Source of the DNA: an uncultured Acidimicrobiales bacterium
GTDB lineage: Bacteria; Actinomycetota; Acidimicrobiia; Acidimicrobiales; DATKAS01
NCBI GenBank assembly: GCA_963773315.1
Contig: CAVZAF010000010.1
Location: 117,519-181,518, forward strand
Reading direction: 5' to 3'
DNA: 64,000 nt
Part shown: piece after piece, positions 20,043-29,409 of the stretch
How the letters are laid out: the number at the start of each line of letters is the position of its first letter
Position numbering within the stretch: position 1 is the stretch's first letter
Notes under the pieces: generated by a model
Told to the model about the DNA's origin: nothing
What the model saw: only the letters and a program-made list of their open reading frames with translations
Database searches by the model: none
Position numbers and translations under genes: made by a program

Positions 20043-21059
20043 GTGGCCCACGGCCCGTCGAAGCACGACGACCTCCCCGAACTCGAGATCGAGTCGCTGG
20101 ACGACGAGCCGGTCGACGGCGTGACCGTCGTGTCCGGTCCGCGCGGCACGATCCCGTGGGGTGTGGGCGCGATCATCGGCGCCGGTCTGTTGTTGCTCGT
20201 CATCGTGTCGGGATTGGGTGGTCACGGACCGAAGTCGAATCAGTCCGACCAGGCGGCCGTTCCCACGCCCACGTTCGTTCCTTCTCCGGTGGTGACCCCG
20301 CCGGCGGGCCCCCTGTCGCTCGCGTCCATCGACGGGCGAATCGCCGCGACCGTGCGCATGACCGAAGTCGAATCCTCGACGCACAAGGTGCGCTTCGAGC
20401 TCAATGGCGCCGGTGGCGCACCCGACCGCTGGTACTACCTCCAGATCGGAGTGTGCCCCGATCGCGCGGCGTCGGTGGGCGTCGGCACGCCGGCGGGCAT
20501 CGACGGCACGTTCGACGCGGAGATCGATGCCCACCTCCTCGCCGGCGCGCCGGTGTGGCTGCGGGTAGTCGACAACGGGGGAAGGGAGTTCGGCACGGCA
20601 TACGGCCGCCTCTTCCAGACCGAGTTCAGCTTGATGGCTGCATCGGGTGCAGACGTGTGTCAGGAAGGCACTGTCGCGCCGCAGGCGTCGAACGTCTCGG
20701 TGCGCGGCCTCGAAGCTGCCGAGCAGTTCGCCGACCATCGGGCCACGTTGACCCCGAGTGTGGCCGCGGAGCCCGGCCACCCCCCTGTGCTGACGAGTGC
20801 CGAGATGCTGCAGCGCGTCGCTCCAGTCGGCACCGGGACGGTCGAGCTCGTGTTGGGTCGCTACACCGACCGAGAGACCGGTGTCGTGGTCGACCCGGCG
20901 TGGGTGGTCCTCGACCGCGGCGAGGCGCACACCGTGTGGGTCTATGACGCTGTGACGGGCGACTTTGAATTCACGTTCTCGGGTGCGCCCGGAGCCATGA
21001 CCTGTGGGATCGCGCCCGGCGCCGAGCCGGACCGATGCGGGAACCCTCCGTCAGGATGA
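20043..21059 (+). CDS. Hypothetical membrane-anchored extracytoplasmic protein
   Basis: Single N-terminal TM, Pro/Thr linker, Cys pairs; TAGCCT -10 six nt before GTG. Confidence 0.7.
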   Translation: MAHGPSKHDDLPELEIESLDDEPVDGVTVVSGPRGTIPWGVGAIIGAGLLLLVIVSGLGGHGPKSNQSDQAAVPTPTFVPSPVVTPPAGPLSLASIDGRIAATVRMTEVESSTHKVRFELNGAGGAPDRWYYLQIGVCPDRAASVGVGTPAGIDGTFDAEIDAHLLAGAPVWLRVVDNGGREFGTAYGRLFQTEFSLMAASGADVCQEGTVAPQASNVSVRGLEAAEQFADHRATLTPSVAAEPGHPPVLTSAEMLQRVAPVGTGTVELVLGRYTDRETGVVVDPAWVVLDRGEAHTVWVYDAVTGDFEFTFSGAPGAMTCGIAPGAEPDRCGNPPSG

Positions 21060-21063
21060 GCGA

Positions 21064-21885
21064 GTGACGCAGCGGAGGCACACGTGGCGCCACATCGTGG
21101 ACTCGTTCTACAGCGAAGACATCGAGGAGTTCTACGAGCGAGGCCTCGACAAGGCGCTCGACGAGAGCCTCGACCCGCGGGGACCCGACGTGCTGTTCGA
21201 CATCGCGGGTGAGCTCGGTGTTGCGCGGTCGACCCGGGTGCTCGACGTCGGCTCGCGGATCGGCAAGCAGATGCTCGAGCTGCGCGATCGCTTCGGTTGC
21301 CGAGTCGTCGGCGCCGAACCCGCGCCAGCCAACCTCGGCCGGATGCGGCGCACCTACCCGAACGAGACCCTCGATGTCGTCCGCGCCATCGGTGAGGCGC
21401 TGCCGTTTCCGAACGCCGCCTTCGATCTGATCTGGGTCCGCGACGTGCTCGTGCACTTCGAGTCGCTCGACGCTGCGTTCGTCGAGTTCAGGCGGGTTCT
21501 GAAGCCCGGTGGCGCGGTGCTCGTGTTCGCCGTGTTCGCGACGCCGTTGCTCGAGCCGGGCGAGGCCGAGCGGCTCTTCGCGGGCACCGCGGTCGTTGCA
21601 TCGAGCGCGGACCCGCAGAACTTCGAGCGCGCCGCGGTCGAAGCGGGCTTGGCGCTCGAGCGACGCGAGGTCCTTCACGGGGAGTGGCGCGAGTTCTCGG
21701 AGGAGTCGGGGGAGAAGCGCACGTCGGGCCAGCTGCTCCGCGTCGCGCGCATGGTGCGCGAGCCCGAGAAGTACAAGGCGATCATCGGAGAGCGTGAGTA
21801 CGAGGAGGAGCTCGCAAACTGCCTGTACGGGATCTACCAGCTGCTCGGCAAGCTCAGCGCCTCGATCTACGTCCTGCGTGCATGA
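21064..21885 (+). CDS. Class I SAM-dependent methyltransferase
   Basis: RVLDVGSRIG, LPFPNAAFD, RVLKPGG. Confidence 0.9.
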   Translation: MTQRRHTWRHIVDSFYSEDIEEFYERGLDKALDESLDPRGPDVLFDIAGELGVARSTRVLDVGSRIGKQMLELRDRFGCRVVGAEPAPANLGRMRRTYPNETLDVVRAIGEALPFPNAAFDLIWVRDVLVHFESLDAAFVEFRRVLKPGGAVLVFAVFATPLLEPGEAERLFAGTAVVASSADPQNFERAAVEAGLALERREVLHGEWREFSEESGEKRTSGQLLRVARMVREPEKYKAIIGEREYEEELANCLYGIYQLLGKLSASIYVLRA

Positions 21886-22282
21886 TGACGCGGTGCCCAG
21901 CCTTCTCGGACTCCGCCATGTCGCTCTGACCGTTCGTGACCGCGAGGTGAGCGCCGAGTGGTACCGGCGAGTGCTCGGCTTCGAGGAGCTGTTCCGAGAG
22001 GAGAGCCCGACCCGGCTTGCCTGTGTCATGCGAGGCGCGGGCGGCGTCGTCGGACTCGTGCAGTTCGTGCCGGCGGGCGAGGAGCCCTTCGACCCACACC
22101 ACCTCGGCCTCGATCATCTCGCCTTCGCGGTTCCGACCCGCGACGAAATGGATGAATGGGCGTCCGCTCTGGATGCAGCCGGCGTGTCGCATTCGGGGGT
22201 GACCGACGGTGGTCCCGGCGCGATCTTGAACTTCAAGGATCCCGACGGGATCGCCCTCGCCTTCTACTGGGCGCGGGACTGA
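21878..22282 (+). CDS. VOC/glyoxalase family protein
   Basis: HVALTVRD, GLDHLAFAV, FKDPDGI. Confidence 0.9.
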   Translation: MHDDAVPSLLGLRHVALTVRDREVSAEWYRRVLGFEELFREESPTRLACVMRGAGGVVGLVQFVPAGEEPFDPHHLGLDHLAFAVPTRDEMDEWASALDAAGVSHSGVTDGGPGAILNFKDPDGIALAFYWARD

Positions 22283-22285
22283 CGG

Positions 22286-23872
22286 TCACAGCTGCGGCAA
22301 GCGCTGCCTGAGGCCGATCAGCGGAGCGAGCGGATCGCCTGCGGCGGCCAGTCGTTCCCCGACCGTGTCGATCGTCCACGCGTCGGGTCGCAAGTCGGGA
22401 TCGTCGAGCTCGTCCCACGTGATCGGCACCGACACGGGCGCACCCGGCGCGGGCCTGGGGCTGAAGGGAGCGACGAGCGTCTTGTTGATCGCGTTCTGCG
22501 TGTAGTCGAGCCGCACCCTGCCGTCGCGCTTCGCGACCTCCCACTCGGTGCTCGTCAGGTCTGGGCTCACGAGGTCGGGTACCGGTTGCGCGATCGTGCG
22601 CGAGAGCTTCTCGACCCAGGCGCGGGTCTGCTCGAACGTGTAACGCTCCTCGACCGGCACCCAGATCTGCAGCCCGCGCTGCCCGCTCACCTTCGGCATC
22701 GCGTTCAGGCCGAGGTGCTCCATCGCGGTTCGGTGCAGTCGGGCGAGCACGAGCACGTCGTCGAACGTGCTGTCTTCGCCCGGGTCGATGTCGATCATCG
22801 CCCACGTCGGCTTGTGCGGGGTCTTCGCACGTCGAGGTCCAGGGGTGGACCTCGATCGCGCCGTAGTTCGCGACCCATGCCAACGACGCGGGAGAGTCGA
22901 GCACGAGGTACTCCTGGGTCTCACCCGGGTCGGCTTCGTCGTTGCGCCAGCGGGTGATCCAGTCGGGTGCGAACGATGGCGCCGCCTTGTGCCAGAACCC
23001 AGGCTTCGTGATGCCGTCCGGGTAGCGGTGAAGGTTGACGGGTCGGCCGTCGAGGTAGGGGAGCATCGCCGGGCGCGATGGCTGCGTAGTGCCGGATGAG
23101 GTCGCGCTTCGTGAGCGCGCGGTGCGGCTTGCTTCGCCGGGAACAGCACCTTGTCGAGGTTGGTGAGCGACACCGTGTGCTCGCCGAGCTGCCACGTTGC
23201 CGCTCTTCCCGAGCGCGTCGAGGGCGGCGAGCTCATCGGGAGTGGGTGCCGCCCAGATCGCGCTGCTCGACCACGTCGCGGCCGGCGCCGCCTTCACCTC
23301 GTCGTTCGTACGCCCCGACTTCACCGATCGCGGATGCTCCTCAGGGTCCCAGCCCTTCGACCGCCGCGTCGTCGTGCTTGTGCAACAGCAGCCACTGGTT
23401 CTCACCGCCGCCGCGCCCGCCTCCGCGGCGGAGCAGGACGAAGCGGCCTTGCAGCTTCTCGCCGTCGAGGCTGAAGTGGAGGTCGCCGTCCTCGATCGCC
23501 TCGGTCGCCGACGTCGCCCTCGGCGAGCGACCACGTTCCCCAGTCCCACACGATCACGTCGCCGCCGCCGTACTCGCCGCGGGGGATGACGCCCTCGAAG
23601 TCGAAGTAGTCGAGCGGATGATCCTCGACCTGCACGGCCATGCGCTTCACGTCGGGATCGAGCGTCGGCCCCTTCGGGCACCGCCCAGCTCACGCAGCAC
23701 ACCGTCGTCTTCGAGACGGAAGTCGTAGTGCAGCCGGCTCGCGCGGTGGCGTTGCACCACGAACCGCTTTCCTGCTTCGACTGGAGGAGGTGCGGTCGCC
23801 GCCCGAAGGCTCTGACGTGATCGCGAAGTCGCGCTTCTTGCGATAGGTCGCGAGTCGGTCCTTCGTCGGCAT
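22286..23872 (-). CDS. ligD: LigD-type NHEJ protein: 3'-phosphoesterase domain fused to primase-polymerase domain, no ligase domain (many frameshifts)
   Basis: [59 protein letters not shown], across several frames. Confidence 0.85.
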
Positions 23873-23878
23873 GCCCCG

Positions 23879-24719
23879 CTACGCAGCTCTTGCGTGTCGC
23901 TTGCTGTCGTCTTGCGCGGCTTCCGCGGCCGCTTCGCCGTGTCGAGGCTGGCTTGGAGCGCGGCCATCGAGGTCGAGGACGTTCGCAGGTGTTTCAGTGG
24001 TCACGGGCTCGTCCACGATCTCCTTGCCCGCTCTCTTCGCCTTGATGCGCTTGCGCAGCTCTTCGACGTACGTGTCGTGATACTTGTCCGGGTTCCAGTC
24101 CGCGGCCAGCCCGTCGATGAGCTGGTCGGCCATCTTCAGCGCCGCCGAGTCGGGCTTGGACCTTCGCGCGGGCAGCGATGTCGATCGTCGCTGCGGGGCA
24201 CGACCTCGTCGGCGAACCGCATGGTCGACATCGCGAGCGCCCCGTCCAGCGGACGGATCGCGGTCAAGGTACTGCTTGTTGCGCATCACCACCGTGCCGA
24301 TCGCGACGCGTCCACGATCCTCCATCGCGGCGAGCAGCAGCTGGTACGCCTTCTGCGCCGGGCTCGCCGTCCGGTGCGAGCCAGTAGGTGCGCTCGTAGT
24401 AGATCGGGTCGATCTCCTCGAGCGCGACGAACTCGTCGACCTCGATCGCCTTCGTCGACGCCGGCCGCAACGAGCGCAGCTCGTCCTTCGTCGAATGTCA
24501 CGTAGTGGCCCTTCGAGAGCTCGAACCCCATCTCGATGTCGTCGTCCTTCGACCTCGTGACCCGACGACTCGGAGACGTTGCGATGCCGGATGCGAGCAC
24601 CGGACTTCTTGTCGAGCTTGGTGGAAGTGGACATCGTGATCGCGCACCGCGGTGAACGCCTTCACCGGAACGTTCACGAGCCCGAAGCTGATCGACCCGG
24701 ACCACAGAGGGCGTCCCAT
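23879..24719 (-). CDS. ku: NHEJ Ku protein (many frameshifts)
   Basis: WSGSISFGLVNVPVK, IDPIYYERTYWLAP, YHDTYVEEL, LMAALQASL, basic tail. Confidence 0.88.
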
Positions 24720-24721
24720 CT

Positions 24722-25333
24722 TCAGCGCCGCCTCGGCTTGCCGTTCGCGTCGACATCGAACAGGTCCGCCCACGGTCGACGGGAAAGTCGCGTGCGGGCG
24801 GCCTTCGCTTCGTCTCGATCGTTGGTGTGCAACGACACCAGGCAGACGTGGCTGTCCTTCGCTTCGACGAACGTGTCGGTGTACGCGGTGCTGCCGCCGA
24901 GGCCTGCGAAGACGCAGATGATCGCTCCGAGCACTGCGCCGGTGAACGCGCCGACGACCGCGCCCGCGAGCCCCGTGCTGCCACCGCCCATCGCCGCGGC
25001 GATCAGGCCCACGAGTGCACCGCCGATGACTGCGCCCACGACTGCGCCGATGGCAGCGCGGACTGCAGCGAGCCGCGTCGCTCCTTCGGGGTCGGCGTGC
25101 CCGGGCTCGTGCCACTCGGTGCCCCACGCGTGAGGCGGTTCGAGCAGGACGAGGCCGAGCCGCGCATCGTCGATCTCGAGATCTTCGAGTGCGACCACTG
25201 CTGCGCGGGCCTGGTCGACGTCGTCGGTCACCGCCATCACGTTGCGCTCGAGCAAGACGGGCTCGGGCTGCGAGACCGAGACGACGTCGAGCCCCATGAA
25301 CTCCCGCTCGGCGAACTCACGCAAGGTCATCAT
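24722..25333 (-). CDS. Glycine-zipper membrane protein (general-stress-protein-like)
   Basis: GAVVGAVIGGALVG..GAVVGAFTGAVLG; 2 nt from the ku start. Confidence 0.7.
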   Translation of the reverse strand: MMTLREFAEREFMGLDVVSVSQPEPVLLERNVMAVTDDVDQARAAVVALEDLEIDDARLGLVLLEPPHAWGTEWHEPGHADPEGATRLAAVRAAIGAVVGAVIGGALVGLIAAAMGGGSTGLAGAVVGAFTGAVLGAIICVFAGLGGSTAYTDTFVEAKDSHVCLVSLHTNDRDEAKAARTRLSRRPWADLFDVDANGKPRRR

Positions 25334-25342
25334 GCCCGTGAT

Positions 25343-25369
25343 GTACCCCGGGGCGGGGACGTGAGAACC
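25343..25369 (-). promoter_or_regulatory. SigF/SigB-type stress promoter
   Basis: GGTTC-N16-GGGTAC against actinobacterial SigF consensus GGWWT-N16/17-GGGTAY. Confidence 0.6.
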
Positions 25370-25397
25370 CTTGACAGGTCCCCCGCCGCGTGCCTTA

Positions 25398-25431
25398 ATC
25401 AACCATCTAGTTGATAAACCAGAGAGTTGAT
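25398..25431. promoter_or_regulatory. Tandem ArsR operator sites
   Basis: ATCAAC-N6-GTTGAT and ATAAAC-N6-GTTGAT just upstream of ArsR; TTGACA at 25371. Confidence 0.65.
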
Positions 25432-25436
25432 CACGG

Positions 25437-25784
25437 ATGCCCGAGGACCCGCTCAGCACCACGTTCGCCGCACTCGCCGATCCCACCCGACGAGCCCTGC
25501 TTGCCCGGCTCGCCGAGGGGGAGGCGACGGTCGGCGAGCTGGCTGAGCCGTTCGCGATGACCCTGCAAGCGATCTCGAAGCACCTGAAGGTGCTCGAGCG
25601 AGCCGGTCTCGTCGTGCGTGGCAAGGACGCTCAGTGGCGCCCTTGCCGGCTCGAGTCAGCGCCCCTCGAGCGGGCCTCGGAGTGGATCGAAGCCAACCGC
25701 AAGATCTGGAACGACCGACTCGATCAGCTGGATCGACATCTCCAACAGCTGCAGACCACCGGAAGGAAGAGGACAGCGACATGA
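25437..25784 (+). CDS. ArsR/SmtB family regulator
   Basis: FAALADPTRRALL..AISKHLKVLERAGL. Confidence 0.93.
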   Translation: MPEDPLSTTFAALADPTRRALLARLAEGEATVGELAEPFAMTLQAISKHLKVLERAGLVVRGKDAQWRPCRLESAPLERASEWIEANRKIWNDRLDQLDRHLQQLQTTGRKRTAT

Positions 25785-26275
25785 CGAACAAGACCGCAAC
25801 GAACCAGGCGAACCAGGCGAACCAGACGAACCAGACGGCCCTCGGCGAGCTCACGATCACGCGCGAGTACGACGCCCCGCGCGAGATGGTCTTCAGGGCG
25901 ATGATCGAGCCCGAGCAGCTCACGCATTTCTGGGGACCGACTGGCACGCACGCGCCGCTCGAGTCGATCGTCCTCGAGCCATGGGCCGGGGGTCGCTTCG
26001 AGACCACGATCGTCCCGGACGGCGCGCCGCCCGACGCAGGCTTCACGATGAAGGCGGTCTTCGTCGAGGTCATCGAGCCCGAGCGCATCGTGTTCAAGGA
26101 GCCCGACATCGACATGACCTCGACGTCGACGTTCACCGACCTGGGAGACGGCCGCACGCGGGTCGTGATCCATCAGTCGAACATCCCGCCGGAGTTCACC
26201 ACCGCCGAGGCGCAGGCCGGCTTCGAGTCGAGCCTCGACCGCTTCGCGGCGTACCTCGCAGCGCAGGGTCGCTAG
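25781..26275 (+). CDS. SRPBCC/AHSA1 domain protein
   Basis: LTITREYDAPREMVF, FWGP; ATGA overlap. Confidence 0.9.
   Translation: MTNKTATNQANQANQTNQTALGELTITREYDAPREMVFRAMIEPEQLTHFWGPTGTHAPLESIVLEPWAGGRFETTIVPDGAPPDAGFTMKAVFVEVIEPERIVFKEPDIDMTSTSTFTDLGDGRTRVVIHQSNIPPEFTTAEAQAGFESSLDRFAAYLAAQGR
25801..25836 (+). repeat. 9-bp tandem repeat x4 (NQA NQA NQT NQT)
   Basis: GAACCAGGC x2 then GAACCAGAC x2, in frame. Confidence 0.85.
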
Positions 26276-26916
26276 GGGGCGAGCGTCACGTCAGGGAGCT
26301 CGAGCGCACGCCACAGGTACCAGCTGGCGACAGTTCGGTAGGGAGCCCACTGCTCCCCGTGCGCGGCGAGCTCCTTCGGCGTCGGCATCTCGCGTCGGTA
26401 GACGAGCCCGAACGCGCGGCGGACTCCGTAGTCGTCGATCGGCAGCACGTCGGGGCGGCCGAGCCGGAAGATCAAGAACATGTGCGCGGTCCACCGGCCG
26501 ATGCCCCGCACCGCGGTGAGCCGCTCGACGATCTCGTCGTCGTTCATCGCGTCGACGTCCGCGATCGTGGGCAGTGCGCCCGACTCGTCGTGAGCGGCGA
26601 GGTCACGCAGGGATGCGAGCTTGGCTCGAGAGAGTCCGGCGCCGCGCAATCCCTCGTCTGACGCGCGCAGCACGAGCCTCGCGGTGAGGCCGTCGCCGTC
26701 CGTACCGCACGCAGCGAGCACTCGACCGTGGATCGTCTCGGCGGCTCGGCCGTTCAGCTGCTGGTAGACGATCGCTTCGGAGAGCACTGCGAAGACGCTG
26801 GTCGTGCTCTTCACGTCGAGCCTGAGCGGCCCTACGACCTTCATGAGGTCGCCCATGACCGGATCGGCGCGCCGCAGCGCGCGGGTCGCCTTCGGGCCGT
26901 CAATCGTGGTCGGCAC
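26272..26916 (-). CDS. alkA: DNA-3-methyladenine glycosylase II (HhH-GPD)
   Basis: IVYQQL, VRGIGRWTAHM, LPIDDYGVR, WAPYRTVASWYLW. Confidence 0.9.
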   Translation of the reverse strand: MPTTIDGPKATRALRRADPVMGDLMKVVGPLRLDVKSTTSVFAVLSEAIVYQQLNGRAAETIHGRVLAACGTDGDGLTARLVLRASDEGLRGAGLSRAKLASLRDLAAHDESGALPTIADVDAMNDDEIVERLTAVRGIGRWTAHMFLIFRLGRPDVLPIDDYGVRRAFGLVYRREMPTPKELAAHGEQWAPYRTVASWYLWRALELPDVTLAP

Positions 26917-27415
26917 TGTCGAACAAGCTCGTCTGTTGTGCTCTGCTGCCTTCGATCGCGAGCAGCCGCTCCTTCGTGCCGACACCGCCTGCGGCCGAGA
27001 AGCCACCCACCTCTCCACCGGTGCCGACGACGCGGTGGCAGGGCACGACGATCGCGAACGGGTTGCGTGCGAGCGCTCGGCCCACGTCTCGGCTCGCGTT
27101 CGGTGACCCGACGCGTGCGGCAACGTCGCCGTAGGACGCGGTCGAGCCGGCCGGGATCGTGCGAGCGACCTCATACACCCGCCTGTCGAACTCGGGGAGC
27201 CCCTCCATGTCGAGCGCGACCCAGGAGAGGTCGCGCCCTTCTCCTTGGAGGAGCGCCACGATCGCGTCGATCACCACTTCGACGCGGGCTGGCGGTTCGA
27301 CGCTCTCGCGCAGACGCCTCGTCCCAGGCAGCCACACACCCGTTACCGCGCGGTCATCCCAGGCGATGCCGCAGCGACCGACCGGGGTGTCGAACTCTGT
27401 GAAGCCGGGAGTCAT
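26900..27415 (-). CDS. ogt: Methylated-DNA-protein-cysteine methyltransferase
   Basis: IVVPCHRVV active site, SYGDVA. Confidence 0.93.
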   Translation of the reverse strand: MTPGFTEFDTPVGRCGIAWDDRAVTGVWLPGTRRLRESVEPPARVEVVIDAIVALLQGEGRDLSWVALDMEGLPEFDRRVYEVARTIPAGSTASYGDVAARVGSPNASRDVGRALARNPFAIVVPCHRVVGTGGEVGGFSAAGGVGTKERLLAIEGSRAQQTSLFDSADHD

Positions 27416-27468
27416 CGCGTCACGGTAAGGGATGCCCGCAGCGCCGAGGGTGTGACATGGGAGACGCG

Positions 27469-28557
27469 TCAGGTGACTCGTACGTCGTGATCGACCGAAT
27501 CACGAGCGACCATCTTCAGGAGTCGCGCTCCTTCCGCGGACATGGCGTCGCGCGTCGCCTTGCTGCACCGCGCCAGCAGGTCGACCGCCATCGTCGCCTT
27601 GGCCTTGGACCGCGCGACCTTCCATGTCGCACCCACCCATCCGTCGATCAGCACGGTGCCGATCACGAAGTTGTTGGCCATGAACACAGCGCGGTGCTCG
27701 TCGGCGATGACGTGGTTGCGGTCGGCGTGCGACAGGAGGAGGTTGTCGAAGTCAGGGAGGAAGCGCGGCGGCGCGTCGACGTCGGCTGACGGTCGCGGCG
27801 CGTCGGGGAGGTCGTGGAGCGTCTTGCCATCCTCGTCGCGGAACGTGACGAGTCGGGGGCCGAGGCGGTCGAACACCTCGCCGAGCTTCGTGAGCCCCGA
27901 CCACGCCTGTGCGTCTTGTGCAGTCGCGGGGCCGAATGACGCGACGTACCGCAGCACCATGTCGTCGAGTGACGGGTGCTTCGCGAGCGGTGCGCCCAGC
28001 CAGACGTCTGCAGGAGTGTGGGCGCTGGCCCCACTCTTGCCCCAGAGACCTCTCGGCGGCACCTGCACGAGGGGCACGTGCGTGCGCACGAGGTTCGCCA
28101 ACACGTCGGGCGCGTAGTCGGGCCACTGAGCTTGCAGTCGCCGTCCGAGCGCCGCAGCGGGAAGGGGCTGCTCGGTGAGGATCGCGCGACCTTCGCGCAC
28201 CACTGCGTCGACGTCGAGTCCAGCAGCGTGCTTTCCGAATGTCCCGCTGTAGCCGCGCTCGCTCACGACCTGGAGGAGCGGCCTGAGCTCGAGGCAGTCG
28301 CGAGCGCTCACCAGGTGGATCGTCGACCTCATCAGCGCCACGCGCACGACGGCGCGCTCGGCGATGAGGTTCGAGAGCGCCTCGGGCTCGAAGTCGCCGA
28401 GACGGCTCCACAGCCCTACGTACGGGTTCATCGGCAGCTGTGCCTGCAGGCCGACGAGCGCCTCGACCGCCTCGATGACCGGGCGTTGCGACCGGCGCAG
28501 CAGCATCTGCCGGTCGAGCAACGCCCGGTTGCGAGCACGACGATCGAGGGTGGTCAC
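27469..28557 (-). CDS. AlkZ-like (HTH_42) DNA glycosylase family protein
   Basis: GLQAQ (QxQ), LWSRL, MRSTIHLV, FLPDFDNLLL. Confidence 0.88.
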   Translation of the reverse strand: MTTLDRRARNRALLDRQMLLRRSQRPVIEAVEALVGLQAQLPMNPYVGLWSRLGDFEPEALSNLIAERAVVRVALMRSTIHLVSARDCLELRPLLQVVSERGYSGTFGKHAAGLDVDAVVREGRAILTEQPLPAAALGRRLQAQWPDYAPDVLANLVRTHVPLVQVPPRGLWGKSGASAHTPADVWLGAPLAKHPSLDDMVLRYVASFGPATAQDAQAWSGLTKLGEVFDRLGPRLVTFRDEDGKTLHDLPDAPRPSADVDAPPRFLPDFDNLLLSHADRNHVIADEHRAVFMANNFVIGTVLIDGWVGATWKVARSKAKATMAVDLLARCSKATRDAMSAEGARLLKMVARDSVDHDVRVT

Positions 28558-28564
28558 CGTGCGA

Positions 28565-29293
28565 TCACGCCGCCTCGTCGACGACGATCGTGGCGTAGCC
28601 GCGGGCGAGCTCCTCGAGCTGCTGCGCACCGTTGCCTCGGTACGACGCGCCGTGCATCGTCGCGAGCGTGGTGGGCTTCAGAGCCGCCAGCCGGCGGATG
28701 GTCGGAGCGACGTTTGGTCCGAGCGACGTCGAGTGGAAGATCTCCTCGCCCGCCAACGCCGGCTCGACGATGTCGTCACTCGTCACGGCGAGGGTCTTGC
28801 CGATGTGCGTGAAGAGATCGCCAGCGAACAGCGTCTCGGTGGTCTCGTCGAACCACAGACCGCTCTCCCAGTTGTGGGGGACGTGCGGCGTCGGCAGGAA
28901 CCGCATGCGGTGCCCACCGATGTCCAAGACCTCATCGTCGCCCATGGCTCGGGGCGGACGGTCGGCCAGGTCGCTGAGCGACACCATCACCGCGAGTCCG
29001 CCGTGCACGACCTGCGCGTTCGGCGCGGCGGCGAGGAAGTCGTTCATCGCGCCGCACTCGTCGGCTTCGACGTGAGCGAACGAGATCCAGCGCAGATCCG
29101 TGACCGGGACGATCCGGTTCACCGCCTCGGACACGAGCGGGAACAGCCCGCGCATGCCGGTGTGGAACAGGAACGGCTCGTCGCCGCGGATGAGGAACTG
29201 GTTGAAGGTGAACCCCGCAGGCGGGGCGATCTCGTCGACGTGGGTGGACAGACGGAAGATGTCGGGGGCGATCTCTTCGACCTCGGTGAACAT
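28565..29293 (-). CDS. MBL-fold FprA/ODP-like protein without flavodoxin domain
   Basis: FNQFLI, HVEADECG, TPHVPHNWE, FAGDLF, MHG. Confidence 0.82.
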   Translation of the reverse strand: MFTEVEEIAPDIFRLSTHVDEIAPPAGFTFNQFLIRGDEPFLFHTGMRGLFPLVSEAVNRIVPVTDLRWISFAHVEADECGAMNDFLAAAPNAQVVHGGLAVMVSLSDLADRPPRAMGDDEVLDIGGHRMRFLPTPHVPHNWESGLWFDETTETLFAGDLFTHIGKTLAVTSDDIVEPALAGEEIFHSTSLGPNVAPTIRRLAALKPTTLATMHGASYRGNGAQQLEELARGYATIVVDEAA

Positions 29294-29371
29294 CGGTGTC
29301 TCCTTTGACTCCGGCCCGGCACCGTTGCCGTGTCCGTGATCGCACTGTCGCGTCAAGGCCCCCGCCCCCAC

Positions 29372-29409
29372 ATCGGGGGATCCCCCCGATCGTCCCCCTA
29401 TTGGGGACG
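29372..29409. promoter_or_regulatory. Two adjacent palindromes, candidate LuxR operator or terminator
   Basis: ATCGGGGG-ATC-CCCCCGAT and CGTCCCC-CTATT-GGGGACG. Confidence 0.5.

Noticed and set aside
29372..29409. 6C RNA-like element
   Set aside because: The C-runs form stems here, not the unpaired loops of 6C RNA.
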